Positions 31,408 through 40,489 of a DNA stretch of 64,000 nucleotides are shown here, in pieces. Position numbers and translations under genes: made by a program. The notes under the pieces were generated by a model. The model saw only the letters and a list, made by a program, of their open reading frames with translations. It searched no databases and was not told where the DNA came from. The DNA lies in assembly GCA_964486045.1 (NCBI GenBank), contig CAZALK010000006.1, positions 32,001 through 96,000 on the forward strand. Direction: 5' to 3'. This stretch comes from an uncultured archaeon. Its GTDB lineage: Archaea > Asgardarchaeota > Lokiarchaeia > Sigyniarchaeales > SOKP01. Numbering within the stretch: the stretch's first letter is position 1; the number at the start of each line of letters is the position of its first letter.

Positions 31408-34128
31408 ATGATAATTACAAAAATTGAACTCGAAAATATTACAACTCACAAAAAGACAACAATTGATTTTCAAGCCGGATTAAATTTGTTATATGGTCCC
31501 AATGGAACAGGTAAATCTACAGTTCTTAAAATGATTGGATTTGTACTATTCGATTTTCTTCCAGGTAAACAAAAAGATTATACTAGGAAGAGCTTTGCAA
31601 AATCACCCAAATTTGGGAAGGTTAAGCTTTGGGTTGTGGGTTTAAACGACGATCAATTTGTTATTCAGAGAACTCTAGCAAAAACTAAACAGTTAATTGA
31701 AGTTTCAGATGCAAGGACAGGAATTATTGAAAAAGGAATAAATAGTACCGCACAATTACAGGAATGGTTAAAAAATCAATTATCTTTAAGTCCGGATGTT
31801 GATTTAGCAAATCTATTTAAAACTTCTGTGGGTGTCCAACAAGGTACTTTTACAGAACCATTTTTACGCACACCGCAGAAAAGAAAAGACTTTTTTAATC
31901 CTGTTTTACAACTTGATGTATACAGAACAGTTTGGTCAAATCTTCGTAATATTATAAAAGAATTTAACAGAGATTTACAACAAGCTGAAAATAAACAAAC
32001 AGAATTAGAAACTAGATTAGAAAATAAGGAAGACTATGAAAAGAAGAAGACACTAAACGAATTAAAGCAAAATAATGCCCGAACTAAACTTCACAAAACA
32101 AACCTTGAAATTGCTGAGTTAAATGAACTAGTTAAAAAACAGAAGCATATACGTGATAATTTGAACAAGATTCAAAATTCTCTTGAAAATTTGGAATCCA
32201 GACGTATCGACCTACATGAATCAAATAAAAAATTAAACACAAATTTAAAGAGCGCACAAACAGCAGAGATAGTTTGTATGGAGAATTTAACTGATTATAA
32301 GCGTTTTAGAGAGTTGACTAAAGATGAACTCATATTTAGGAGGCTTAATGAAGAATTGAAAGGATTACAGGAAGAAATTATAGAATTAAATCAACACCTT
32401 ACTAGAATAAATACTCTTAAAGAAAATATCGAACCCCAAATTGAAAATATACTTAAAGATAAAGCAAATTTACCTACATTAGAAAAAGAAAGCGAAGAAT
32501 ATCATAATCTTCAAAACCTAATTCAAGTTCAAAGAGATAAGCTCAGTAAGATAGAGGTTGCTGAAGACCTTCAGAGTAGATTGAAAACTCAATATCTTGA
32601 AAATTTAGCAAAAATTGAAAAACTTGAAACACTATTGAAAGAGCTCCCAGAATTAGAAAAACGGGATTTAAAGGTTGAAGTCCTTAGTGAAAAATCAAAT
32701 GAAATCAAACTTAAAATTAATTCATTAGAAACAGAAATTACTACATATCTCACTGACAAGAAAATTTCAAAGGATGGATTATGCCCGATTCTAAACATAG
32801 AATGCAATAAAGCAGATGGTAGCTCCTTTGAGGTGATTTTTCAAGAAAAGATTGAAAACCTAAAAAAAAATCTTATCCCGATTAAATTTGAATTTGAGGA
32901 ACTAAATAAAACAACAATAAATTATGACAAATTCCAGAAGAAATTATCTGAGTTAAAGCTGAAAGAAAGAGATTTTCAAAACCTAAGAGAACGACAGCTT
33001 GTGTTTGGAAACGAGATACAGAAAAATAAAACTCAAATTGATTTAAAAAATGAAGAAAATGAAATTTTAAAAAAATTAAAAATCCAACAAGAAATACTAG
33101 AACCATCCGTGGAAAAATATAATGTTCTAAAGGAAAAGGTTGAAAAGCAACTACCAGAATTCCAAATAAAGCTAGAAGAATTACAAAAACAACTTGTACC
33201 ACTCAGAAAAAAATTGACACCTTTAGAAAAAGAAAGAGAAAAATTAATTCATGTACCCGAGAAATTAAAAGAGTTTAATGACGAGTTAGACAAACTTAGA
33301 GAAAATCATGATAAATATCAAATGAACAAGGGGATTGCAAGAAATCTGCAAAATATCAAATCTGACCTTGAAAAATGTAAAACAAAACTTTCAGAAGTCG
33401 ATTTATTGCTTAAAAACCAAACAAAAGAAAATAAATTATTAAGTGAGCAATTTAATGAGAAAGAATTTGCCGTTATTAAGAGTAAATTACTAAAGTTAGA
33501 AGAAGCAAAAGGAAATTTAAAGAATCAAGTTTTAGATGCAGTTGAGAATTTAGCAGATGCCGAGGAGAAATTAAAAGTACTTAAAGAAACAGAAGAAGAG
33601 TTAGCATTGGTATTGAGCAATATAGAAGCTTTAATATTTATGAAGAATTTCACTAAAATAATACGTAATTATTTTGATAATGCAGGGCCAAAAATCTCAG
33701 AGGTTCTGCTTGTCAATATCAATATAGAAGCAACAAGCCATTATAGAAATATCATGGACGATCCAAACGTGATTCTGGAGTGGGAGCAAGATTATCAAAT
33801 AAAAGTAAAAACCTCAGAAAACGAAAAAGTGTTTCATCAGCTCTCAGGAGGAGAACAAATGGCATCAGCATTAGCTATCCGATTAGCTATCTTAAAAGTG
33901 CTTTCAAATGCGGAATTTGCCTTTTTTGACGAGCCGACGATGAATCTAGATCCAAACAAGCGGGAAAATTTAGGTAAAATTATTCAAAGAATTAAGGGTT
34001 TTAAACAATTCTTTGTGATTTCACACGACGATACATTTGAAGAGTATGTGGAAAATGTTATTGAATTCTCCAAAGATGAGAAGGAAATAACTAAAGTTGA
34101 TTTTATTACTAAAAATAAAGACTTATGA
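31408..34128 (+). CDS. rad50: Rad50/SbcC-family SMC-like ATPase
   Basis: GPNGTGKS, Q-loop VQQG, coiled coil with central CPILNIEC, LSGGEQ, FFDEPT, ISHD. Confidence 0.88.
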   Translation: MIITKIELENITTHKKTTIDFQAGLNLLYGPNGTGKSTVLKMIGFVLFDFLPGKQKDYTRKSFAKSPKFGKVKLWVVGLNDDQFVIQRTLAKTKQLIEVSDARTGIIEKGINSTAQLQEWLKNQLSLSPDVDLANLFKTSVGVQQGTFTEPFLRTPQKRKDFFNPVLQLDVYRTVWSNLRNIIKEFNRDLQQAENKQTELETRLENKEDYEKKKTLNELKQNNARTKLHKTNLEIAELNELVKKQKHIRDNLNKIQNSLENLESRRIDLHESNKKLNTNLKSAQTAEIVCMENLTDYKRFRELTKDELIFRRLNEELKGLQEEIIELNQHLTRINTLKENIEPQIENILKDKANLPTLEKESEEYHNLQNLIQVQRDKLSKIEVAEDLQSRLKTQYLENLAKIEKLETLLKELPELEKRDLKVEVLSEKSNEIKLKINSLETEITTYLTDKKISKDGLCPILNIECNKADGSSFEVIFQEKIENLKKNLIPIKFEFEELNKTTINYDKFQKKLSELKLKERDFQNLRERQLVFGNEIQKNKTQIDLKNEENEILKKLKIQQEILEPSVEKYNVLKEKVEKQLPEFQIKLEELQKQLVPLRKKLTPLEKEREKLIHVPEKLKEFNDELDKLRENHDKYQMNKGIARNLQNIKSDLEKCKTKLSEVDLLLKNQTKENKLLSEQFNEKEFAVIKSKLLKLEEAKGNLKNQVLDAVENLADAEEKLKVLKETEEELALVLSNIEALIFMKNFTKIIRNYFDNAGPKISEVLLVNINIEATSHYRNIMDDPNVILEWEQDYQIKVKTSENEKVFHQLSGGEQMASALAIRLAILKVLSNAEFAFFDEPTMNLDPNKRENLGKIIQRIKGFKQFFVISHDDTFEEYVENVIEFSKDEKEITKVDFITKNKDL

Positions 34129-34146
34129 TCAGTTTGGGATGAATAG

Positions 34147-34182
34147 AAAAAAAAAAAAAAATTCGGTTACATAACACCGAAT
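34147..34182 (-). terminator. Hairpin plus long U-tract terminator of the 34217-35188 gene
   Basis: ATTCGGT-N8-ACCGAAT inverted repeat adjoining a run of about 15 A (T on the minus strand). Confidence 0.55.
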
Positions 34183-34216
34183 AATCATACTATTTATAAC
34201 TACAATTTTATCCTAT

Positions 34217-35188
34217 CTACCACCAAGACACTAAAAATTCCCATTGGGGTAACTGCATGATTTCTTGCCAAGCATTTGCTCCCACACCGTTGTACCAACT
34301 GAATTCATGATCCAGAGTATGAGGTCCCCATCCTAGAGTCCATGGGTCGTAAATTTGATAAAAGATTAGAACCATAGTGGGTTCACCGATTAAAACACCT
34401 CCCTTATCGTACCACCAGAAACTACTTAATTCATTTTCCCATCCATCTAGTAGAATTGTCATTGACCAAGGTAAATTAAAAATTTTATCCTTTTTTTCTT
34501 GGTCTGTTTGGATCATCCCCATAAGTACATAGTTTGTTTCAGCGACGTTATACTCCCTATTGGGGCGTATTATATTATCCCCATTAAACCATTCGTTTAA
34601 TACCGTCTCTTGTTCTTGTTTGATAAAATCAAATTGGTCAGCACCAATTTCTTCATAGGTTGAGATGACAGTTAAAGTACCCCATTCACCTAGTGGGTTG
34701 TTAGGTCCCAAATCTCCGGTATCACCGTCAGTATACCCAGCCCAAGCCCAGTTTCCCCCCAAGGTGAAAATTATGGTGATTTCTGCTTCGGGGTAAGTAG
34801 CGGTTTGGGTTTTAACAACACCTATACCGACCATAATCCAAACATACTGCCAGTATTGCTCTGAATTTGGGTCCCACCACCATTCTAGATAAAAAGCCTC
34901 TCCCTCTTTGAGCTTTCCATGAGATATCATAACTTCCTCGTTTGTAATAGGATCTAAATATATTTTTTTGAAATCTGCCTTTCCCAACCAACTGCTGCCA
35001 TAATCATGTTCAACATGTGCATTGATCAAGACTCTGGCTTGCGAATCCCAAAGGTCTGGTCCCTCTGCATTCATATGAACTTTTACAGCTTCACCAGATT
35101 TAACGGTATTTACTGAAGTAGCACTTGCAATAGTGCTTACCAAAAAAAGCAATAACATAGCCATTATAACTTTTGATTTCACTTTCAT
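34217..35188 (-). CDS. Secreted Trp/Gly-rich hypothetical protein
   Basis: Signal peptide MKVKSKVIMAMLLLFLVSTIASA. No recognised family. Confidence 0.65.
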   Translation of the reverse strand: MKVKSKVIMAMLLLFLVSTIASATSVNTVKSGEAVKVHMNAEGPDLWDSQARVLINAHVEHDYGSSWLGKADFKKIYLDPITNEEVMISHGKLKEGEAFYLEWWWDPNSEQYWQYVWIMVGIGVVKTQTATYPEAEITIIFTLGGNWAWAGYTDGDTGDLGPNNPLGEWGTLTVISTYEEIGADQFDFIKQEQETVLNEWFNGDNIIRPNREYNVAETNYVLMGMIQTDQEKKDKIFNLPWSMTILLDGWENELSSFWWYDKGGVLIGEPTMVLIFYQIYDPWTLGWGPHTLDHEFSWYNGVGANAWQEIMQLPQWEFLVSWW

Positions 35189-35456
35189 TATTATTCTCTC
35201 CTTTGATTTTTTATTTGCTCTTATGTTTGTTTTTCCAAATTTTTTGATCGATAATGATCAAGAATTAAGTATATCACTTAGAAATATAAAGCTTATTTCA
35301 AGAATAACCAGTAAAAATTAAAAATTAGTGGTAAATCAAATATTTTAGTGAAAAAATTCACGCTTTATGGTTATCATTTTAAAAAACTATTGCAAAATAA
35401 AATGAGTTCAAATTTTAAGAATAGAAAAATAAAAAAAAAGTGGTTGAAAAATAAAC

Positions 35457-35657
35457 TTACAAATCGCGCGCTTTAACAGTTTTTCGATTATTACCTTTAG
35501 CACGTCCAACAGCTTTATCAAGTATATCCATGATGATTGCGTTGAATTCAGTTCCATCTAATACAGCGCTACTTGTATTACAAGCATTTCCTTTAATGTA
35601 TTCTCTTACTTTTGACTTTACGAAGAGTGGCTCAACCTTTCCTCCTTTTTTTGCCAT
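35457..35657 (-). CDS. Histone-fold protein with truncated alpha3 (non-nucleosomal type)
   Basis: LFVKSKVREYIK ... ILDKAVGRAKGNNRKTVKARDL with RKT....D clamp motif. Ends immediately after it. Confidence 0.8.
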   Translation of the reverse strand: MAKKGGKVEPLFVKSKVREYIKGNACNTSSAVLDGTEFNAIIMDILDKAVGRAKGNNRKTVKARDL

Positions 35658-36019
35658 TTTACATCTTCCTCTTTTTTGAAATTTTTTAGATTTTTATTAA
35701 ACTAAGGTTTAAAATTGATTTGAATAAATTACAGTTTGTTAATTATTTATTTTTTATCTGTACTATTAAATCTTTGCTATTTTAACTAGATTTTTTCATA
35801 TTCTTTTTCTCTACTGGATTTTGGGAAGGATTTTTGAAATCTAATTGTTGAATAAAAGTTGTCAAAACAGAGAAAAAGTCTAAATTCGTATCCAAAAAAT
35901 AATGCACATACTTATTTAATTACTTCTATGATAGAGGATTAAGTGTTAAGGCTAAAATATAATAAAAAAAAAGTAGGTTTGTTGAATAAAGTTATTTCAC
36001 AGAGAAAATGTAAATCTAT

Positions 36020-36307
36020 TTACTTTGGCGGAGCTAGTACAATTTCAATACTTGAGACGTTGTTTGTTTGTCCATTTTCTCCCTCTAATTGTTCAGTGCT
36101 AAGTGCTATATCTTTATATTCAGTGCCCTTTAAGAATCTATTTCTTAAAATTTCACATACATCAACGGCATGGGAAATGGCTCTACCTCGGGCTTTCACA
36201 GTACAATCTTCACCCTTGTTAAGGATCATCATCGTAGCCATCACGTAGTTCATGGTAGGACGGCGACCGACAAAAACAGCATTTTCTTCTCTAGGTTTAT
36301 CGTTCAT
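36020..36307 (-). CDS. albA: DNA/RNA-binding protein Alba
   Basis: VFVGRRPTMNYV, VKARGRAISHAVDV.E, NVSSIEI.L. Confidence 0.93.
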   Translation of the reverse strand: MNDKPREENAVFVGRRPTMNYVMATMMILNKGEDCTVKARGRAISHAVDVCEILRNRFLKGTEYKDIALSTEQLEGENGQTNNVSSIEIVLAPPK

Positions 36308-36597
36308 TATTTTTTTCCTCTTTGTTTTTTTATTTTTTGTTGTATTTACTAACTTTTTAAGCTTTTATGCGCTTGAGTATAACGAATTGTAGCTTTATCG
36401 TAATTTCAAATTTAATTACGGTATTTATATTCTTTTGAAATTATAGGCATTTTTTAAATTTTATTGTCTAATAATAAATGTATTTGGATAGTTAAAGTAA
36501 TATTTTTTGTTCTCTTTTTTCTGGTTAATGCTCTATCTAATGAGAAAGAAATTGTTATCATTGGTTTAACAAAAAATAGAAATTTAATGTTGAAGTT

Positions 36598-36810
36598 TTA
36601 TATGCCTTTCAGTTTTACTCCAAGGAAGAAGAGAAACCAAGTGAGAAATATTAGAATCAATGCGATAATGAGCCATACATTGTACGGTCCCAAAGAAAAT
36701 GCAGGCAGTAGACTGACCCAAAATAACGCTGTAAAATCAAGAAGGATAAAAATCCCAAAGACCATTGTTAAGAATGTTAAAATTAAAATTTTTTTCTCGG
36801 AGGTGTCCAT
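36598..36810 (-). CDS. Small two-TM membrane protein
   Basis: Two hydrophobic segments; GGTGA upstream of the ATG. Confidence 0.5.
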   Translation of the reverse strand: MDTSEKKILILTFLTMVFGIFILLDFTALFWVSLLPAFSLGPYNVWLIIALILIFLTWFLFFLGVKLKGI

Positions 36811-36936
36811 CCCATTTTTTTCACCAGTTAACCAATCAATTTATACTTTTTTTTAGAGTTAGTATGATACTATTTGTTTTAGATTTATATAAACCTTTAA
36901 TGATCTTTTTATAGAAATGAGTTAAATCTTGAAATC

Positions 36937-37614
36937 TCAGTTTTTCTTAGTTTTGGTGAAATCGATTTCGATTTCCTGTTTAAACTCCTTCTCATTATAA
37001 ATTCTCTTTGAATCATTACTTTCAGGTTTATCCTTATCTTTTTTAACAATGTCCCATATTACACTGCCAACAAGTAATACTGACACAATCACTAACAAGG
37101 GTATTAATAGATTGGATTCAGTTAGAATAATTTTTACCCACCCGATATAAGGAATCCTGCCCGTTACTACTCCGAAAATTCGTGTTTCTGGAATCCATAC
37201 TATATCAGGGTTAGCGTTTGCATCCCCCTTGGTTAAAAAAAACCAACCGTTGTCATATTTCTTATCAATAACTCTATGAACTATTGGATCCGTAGGCGCA
37301 TGATACCAACCTAATCCACGTGCATCAAAAACAATAATATCTCCCTCTTTTCCTTCAATCGTACCATTTTGAATGTTTTCTGCATCGATCCCTCTTAGAA
37401 ATAACAAATCTCCTCTATATAAATTAGGTTCCATTGAACCTGAAACAACTACAACCATTGGTGTATTCGTGTTCAACGCTACTTGCATAATAAAATACAC
37501 TAAAAAGGCTCCAGAAAAGGCCATGACAAGTAGAATCGCGGTTACAATTATTTTTCTCTTGGTCGAGGGCCTTTTTTCCTTTTTAACCGGGGATTTAATT
37601 TTTCTTCGTTCCAT
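36937..37614 (-). CDS. sec11: Signal peptidase I, archaeal/Sec11 type (S26B)
   Basis: VVSGSMEP..RGD, IVHRV, TKGDAN, IPYIGW. Confidence 0.9.
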   Translation of the reverse strand: MERRKIKSPVKKEKRPSTKRKIIVTAILLVMAFSGAFLVYFIMQVALNTNTPMVVVVSGSMEPNLYRGDLLFLRGIDAENIQNGTIEGKEGDIIVFDARGLGWYHAPTDPIVHRVIDKKYDNGWFFLTKGDANANPDIVWIPETRIFGVVTGRIPYIGWVKIILTESNLLIPLLVIVSVLLVGSVIWDIVKKDKDKPESNDSKRIYNEKEFKQEIEIDFTKTKKN

Positions 37615-37877
37615 TGTTTTATACTAATATCCTATGAACTATTAAATAAAATAATGAATTTAAGTTTTCTAATTAATCATTAAAACTGTAATAATAAGAT
37701 GAATGATAGATGAGATTTAGGATTTTTTTAATTTTCCTCTGAGTATTTTAATTGATTGTTGTATTAAACTAGATTTTTAGAAAAAAAAATTGCATTAATA
37801 TTTTAAAGCATAGATTCTTGATTTTAATCATTCAATACATCTTAGAAAAAAACTGGGATAGGGTTAAGATCTTCTAA

Positions 37878-38663
37878 ATGCTTGAGAGAACTCAATCATT
37901 TGACATGAATGGTAAGAAATGTAGTGGAATCCAAGTAAAAATAGAGAATATTTTATATAAAGAGATGAAATTCTCTACTAATACTATTAAATTAGGGGAA
38001 TCCTTACTTCGTATAACTTATTTTGATGAAAAAATAGATAAAAAGAAACAAAGAAATAACAGAATTACTATACTACAAGAACCAGAGAAGAGAATTTATA
38101 TTCAAGTTAAAGGACAACTAAATGATTCCCAAGTTGAGCAAATCTGGCAGGAATTAAATGATGATTTAAAAATTTCAAAGAACATTGAGGAGAAAAATGA
38201 AATTTTATTAACAAAAGATGTTATTATTGAAAAGATTATTGAATCTATTAAGCTTAAGGGTTATTCAATAAATGAAAATGATGCTCGAAACTTCTTAGGT
38301 AGTTTTCAAGAGAAATATAATAGACTACCTAAAAACCAAGAAATAAATTCAATAGCTAAGGGCTATATCATAATGATGAATGAAGATTATCTATTAGAAA
38401 AGACCGAAATATCAACCGAAACTGAACAAGCATTAGAAGTTAAAGAACCTTTTATGGAGAGCAGTGAAGTAAAAACACCATTAAACTCTTACAATAGTTC
38501 TGTTTTAGTCGTTGAGAATTCAGCTGGCCGTAGGAAATGTCCTAACTGTGGAGACCAAGCTTCAATTCATGAAGTAAATGATAAAAGTTTAGTTTTGTTA
38601 GACTACCCACGAATTTATGGGAAAAAAAAATATTGCGGCGCATGCGGGCTTGAGTGGCATTAG
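37878..38663 (+). CDS. Hypothetical protein with C-terminal zinc ribbon
   Basis: GRRKCPNCG ... DYPRIYGKKKYCGACGLEW. Confidence 0.6.
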   Translation: MLERTQSFDMNGKKCSGIQVKIENILYKEMKFSTNTIKLGESLLRITYFDEKIDKKKQRNNRITILQEPEKRIYIQVKGQLNDSQVEQIWQELNDDLKISKNIEEKNEILLTKDVIIEKIIESIKLKGYSINENDARNFLGSFQEKYNRLPKNQEINSIAKGYIIMMNEDYLLEKTEISTETEQALEVKEPFMESSEVKTPLNSYNSSVLVVENSAGRRKCPNCGDQASIHEVNDKSLVLLDYPRIYGKKKYCGACGLEWH

Positions 38664-38797
38664 TCATTTTTTGTTAAATATCTCCCTAAATAACTAATAA
38701 CAATTTGACTGTTTTTCAAAATAGTTATAAATATTTCTTTAATCAAAGTGATATTAACTTATGTAGTAAATTCTGAACAAATTATTTAAAATTTGGA

Positions 38798-39763
38798 GTG
38801 ATAAAAATGGAAGATTTTGCTATTATTCACAATCCTGCTGCTGGAACTAAAAAAAAAGGAAAGATCGGTATAGAAAATGCTTGTGGATATTTGGATGATT
38901 TAAAAGTTTCTTATAAGATTTTTAATACTGAATATGCAGAACATGGCATTGAGCTGGCTAGTCAATTATCTAAAGATGGATACAGAGTTATTGGAGCCGG
39001 TGGTGATGGAACATGCAATGAAGTACTCCATGGTGTCATTAGCTCTAATTCAGGCGGATTATGTGGTTTTATTCCCATGGGATCTGGTAATGATGTCCCA
39101 GCAGCAATTGGAATTCTACCAGATGTTAAAAGAGCTTGTGAAATTATTGCAGAGGGTTATACTAGTAAGTCTGATGTAGGATTGGCACTTAAAGATGACG
39201 GTGTTGAGAGATATTTTCTTGGTATAGGAAGTCAAGGATTTGATGCAGAAGTCGCAAAAAGAGCAAATGAAAATAAAGAGAAAAACTATAATACACTTGT
39301 CCTTAAAACCTTATTTGGGTGGAAAAACAAGAAAATTAAGGTAATTATGGATAATGATACGTATGAGGGAGACGCAAATCTGGTTGCAGTCGGGAATGGC
39401 GCTTGTTATGGGGGTGGAATGTACATTTGCCAAAAAGCTATGGTTGATGATGGTTTATTTGATATCAGCATTGCAAATATTAAAAAACTCAAATTACTGT
39501 TCCAATTTAAAAGAATGTATAGTGGTTCTTTATCACCGCATCCGGATATTTATGAATATCAGAGTAAAAAGGTTCGGATTGTTATGCAAAATCCTGATGG
39601 TGAGTCTTACCGATGTCAAGTTGATGGTGAATCAATAGGAAATTTACCGGTTACGTATGAAACTTTGAAAGATGGACAGGATTTCATTAGACCTCAAAAA
39701 AATGAAGTTGCAGAGGTTTTTAAAGAAAAATATGGTCATTATTTTTGGGAATCTGATCACTAA
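38798..39763 (+). CDS. Diacylglycerol kinase / YegS-family lipid kinase
   Basis: NPAAG, GGDGT.NE, PMGSGND, GFDA, YGGG, DDG.FD, DGE. Confidence 0.9.
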   Translation: MIKMEDFAIIHNPAAGTKKKGKIGIENACGYLDDLKVSYKIFNTEYAEHGIELASQLSKDGYRVIGAGGDGTCNEVLHGVISSNSGGLCGFIPMGSGNDVPAAIGILPDVKRACEIIAEGYTSKSDVGLALKDDGVERYFLGIGSQGFDAEVAKRANENKEKNYNTLVLKTLFGWKNKKIKVIMDNDTYEGDANLVAVGNGACYGGGMYICQKAMVDDGLFDISIANIKKLKLLFQFKRMYSGSLSPHPDIYEYQSKKVRIVMQNPDGESYRCQVDGESIGNLPVTYETLKDGQDFIRPQKNEVAEVFKEKYGHYFWESDH

Positions 39764-39806
39764 TTAATGAGTTTTTATTTAAGAAAAATAGATATATTTA
39801 ATTTCC

Positions 39807-40430
39807 ATGCCTGATTGGGACGAAATTTTCAAAAAACGGGGAAAAATCTTTCTTAAACCCCATCCTGATATGGAAAGAATTTCTGAACTATTTACCGAAA
39901 AGAAGGTAAGACGGGTTTTAGATCTTGGTTGTGGAACTGGTCGTCATCTTATTTTCTTCTCAAAAAAAGGATTTGATATATATGGACTTGATGGTTCTCC
40001 TAAGGGTATCGAGATTGCAAGAACATGGCTAGCGGAGGAAGGAGAAGAAATAGATATTGAACTTGGTAGAATTGAACAACGTTTCCCGTATGAAGATAAT
40101 TTTTTTGATGCGATTATTTCTATTCAAGTAATTCACCACAATTTTTTTAAGAAAATATTGAAAACGGTTAAGGAAATCGAAAGGGTTTTGAAAAAAGATG
40201 GTGTCATATTCATAACAGTTTCTTTTAGAAAAAAAAATTATAAGTTTGATAAATGGGGTTTAAAGGAAGTTGAAAAAGGAACATATATCCCCCAAAAAGG
40301 CCAAGAAAAAGGTCTACCCCATCATTTTTTTTCGAAGGAGGAAATTCAAAGAGTCTTTAAATGTTTTGAACTTTCAGAGATTTATATTGACGATACAAAT
40401 CACAGAGCTATTTTGGGAGTTAAAAAATAG
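39807..40430 (+). CDS. Class I SAM-dependent methyltransferase
   Basis: VLDLGCGTGRH, FDAIIS..V.HH, EI.RVLK..G. Confidence 0.88.
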   Translation: MPDWDEIFKKRGKIFLKPHPDMERISELFTEKKVRRVLDLGCGTGRHLIFFSKKGFDIYGLDGSPKGIEIARTWLAEEGEEIDIELGRIEQRFPYEDNFFDAIISIQVIHHNFFKKILKTVKEIERVLKKDGVIFITVSFRKKNYKFDKWGLKEVEKGTYIPQKGQEKGLPHHFFSKEEIQRVFKCFELSEIYIDDTNHRAILGVKK

Positions 40431-40489
40431 GTAGAATAATTAAGATTTTTTTAACGTTTGAAATGTATTCAAGATTTCATGGAGTAAAT

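Noticed and set aside
31408-34128. Wadjet/JetC or condensin SMC
   Set aside because: It has a Cys hook rather than a hinge, sits next to Mre11, and no kleisin or KITE genes are present.
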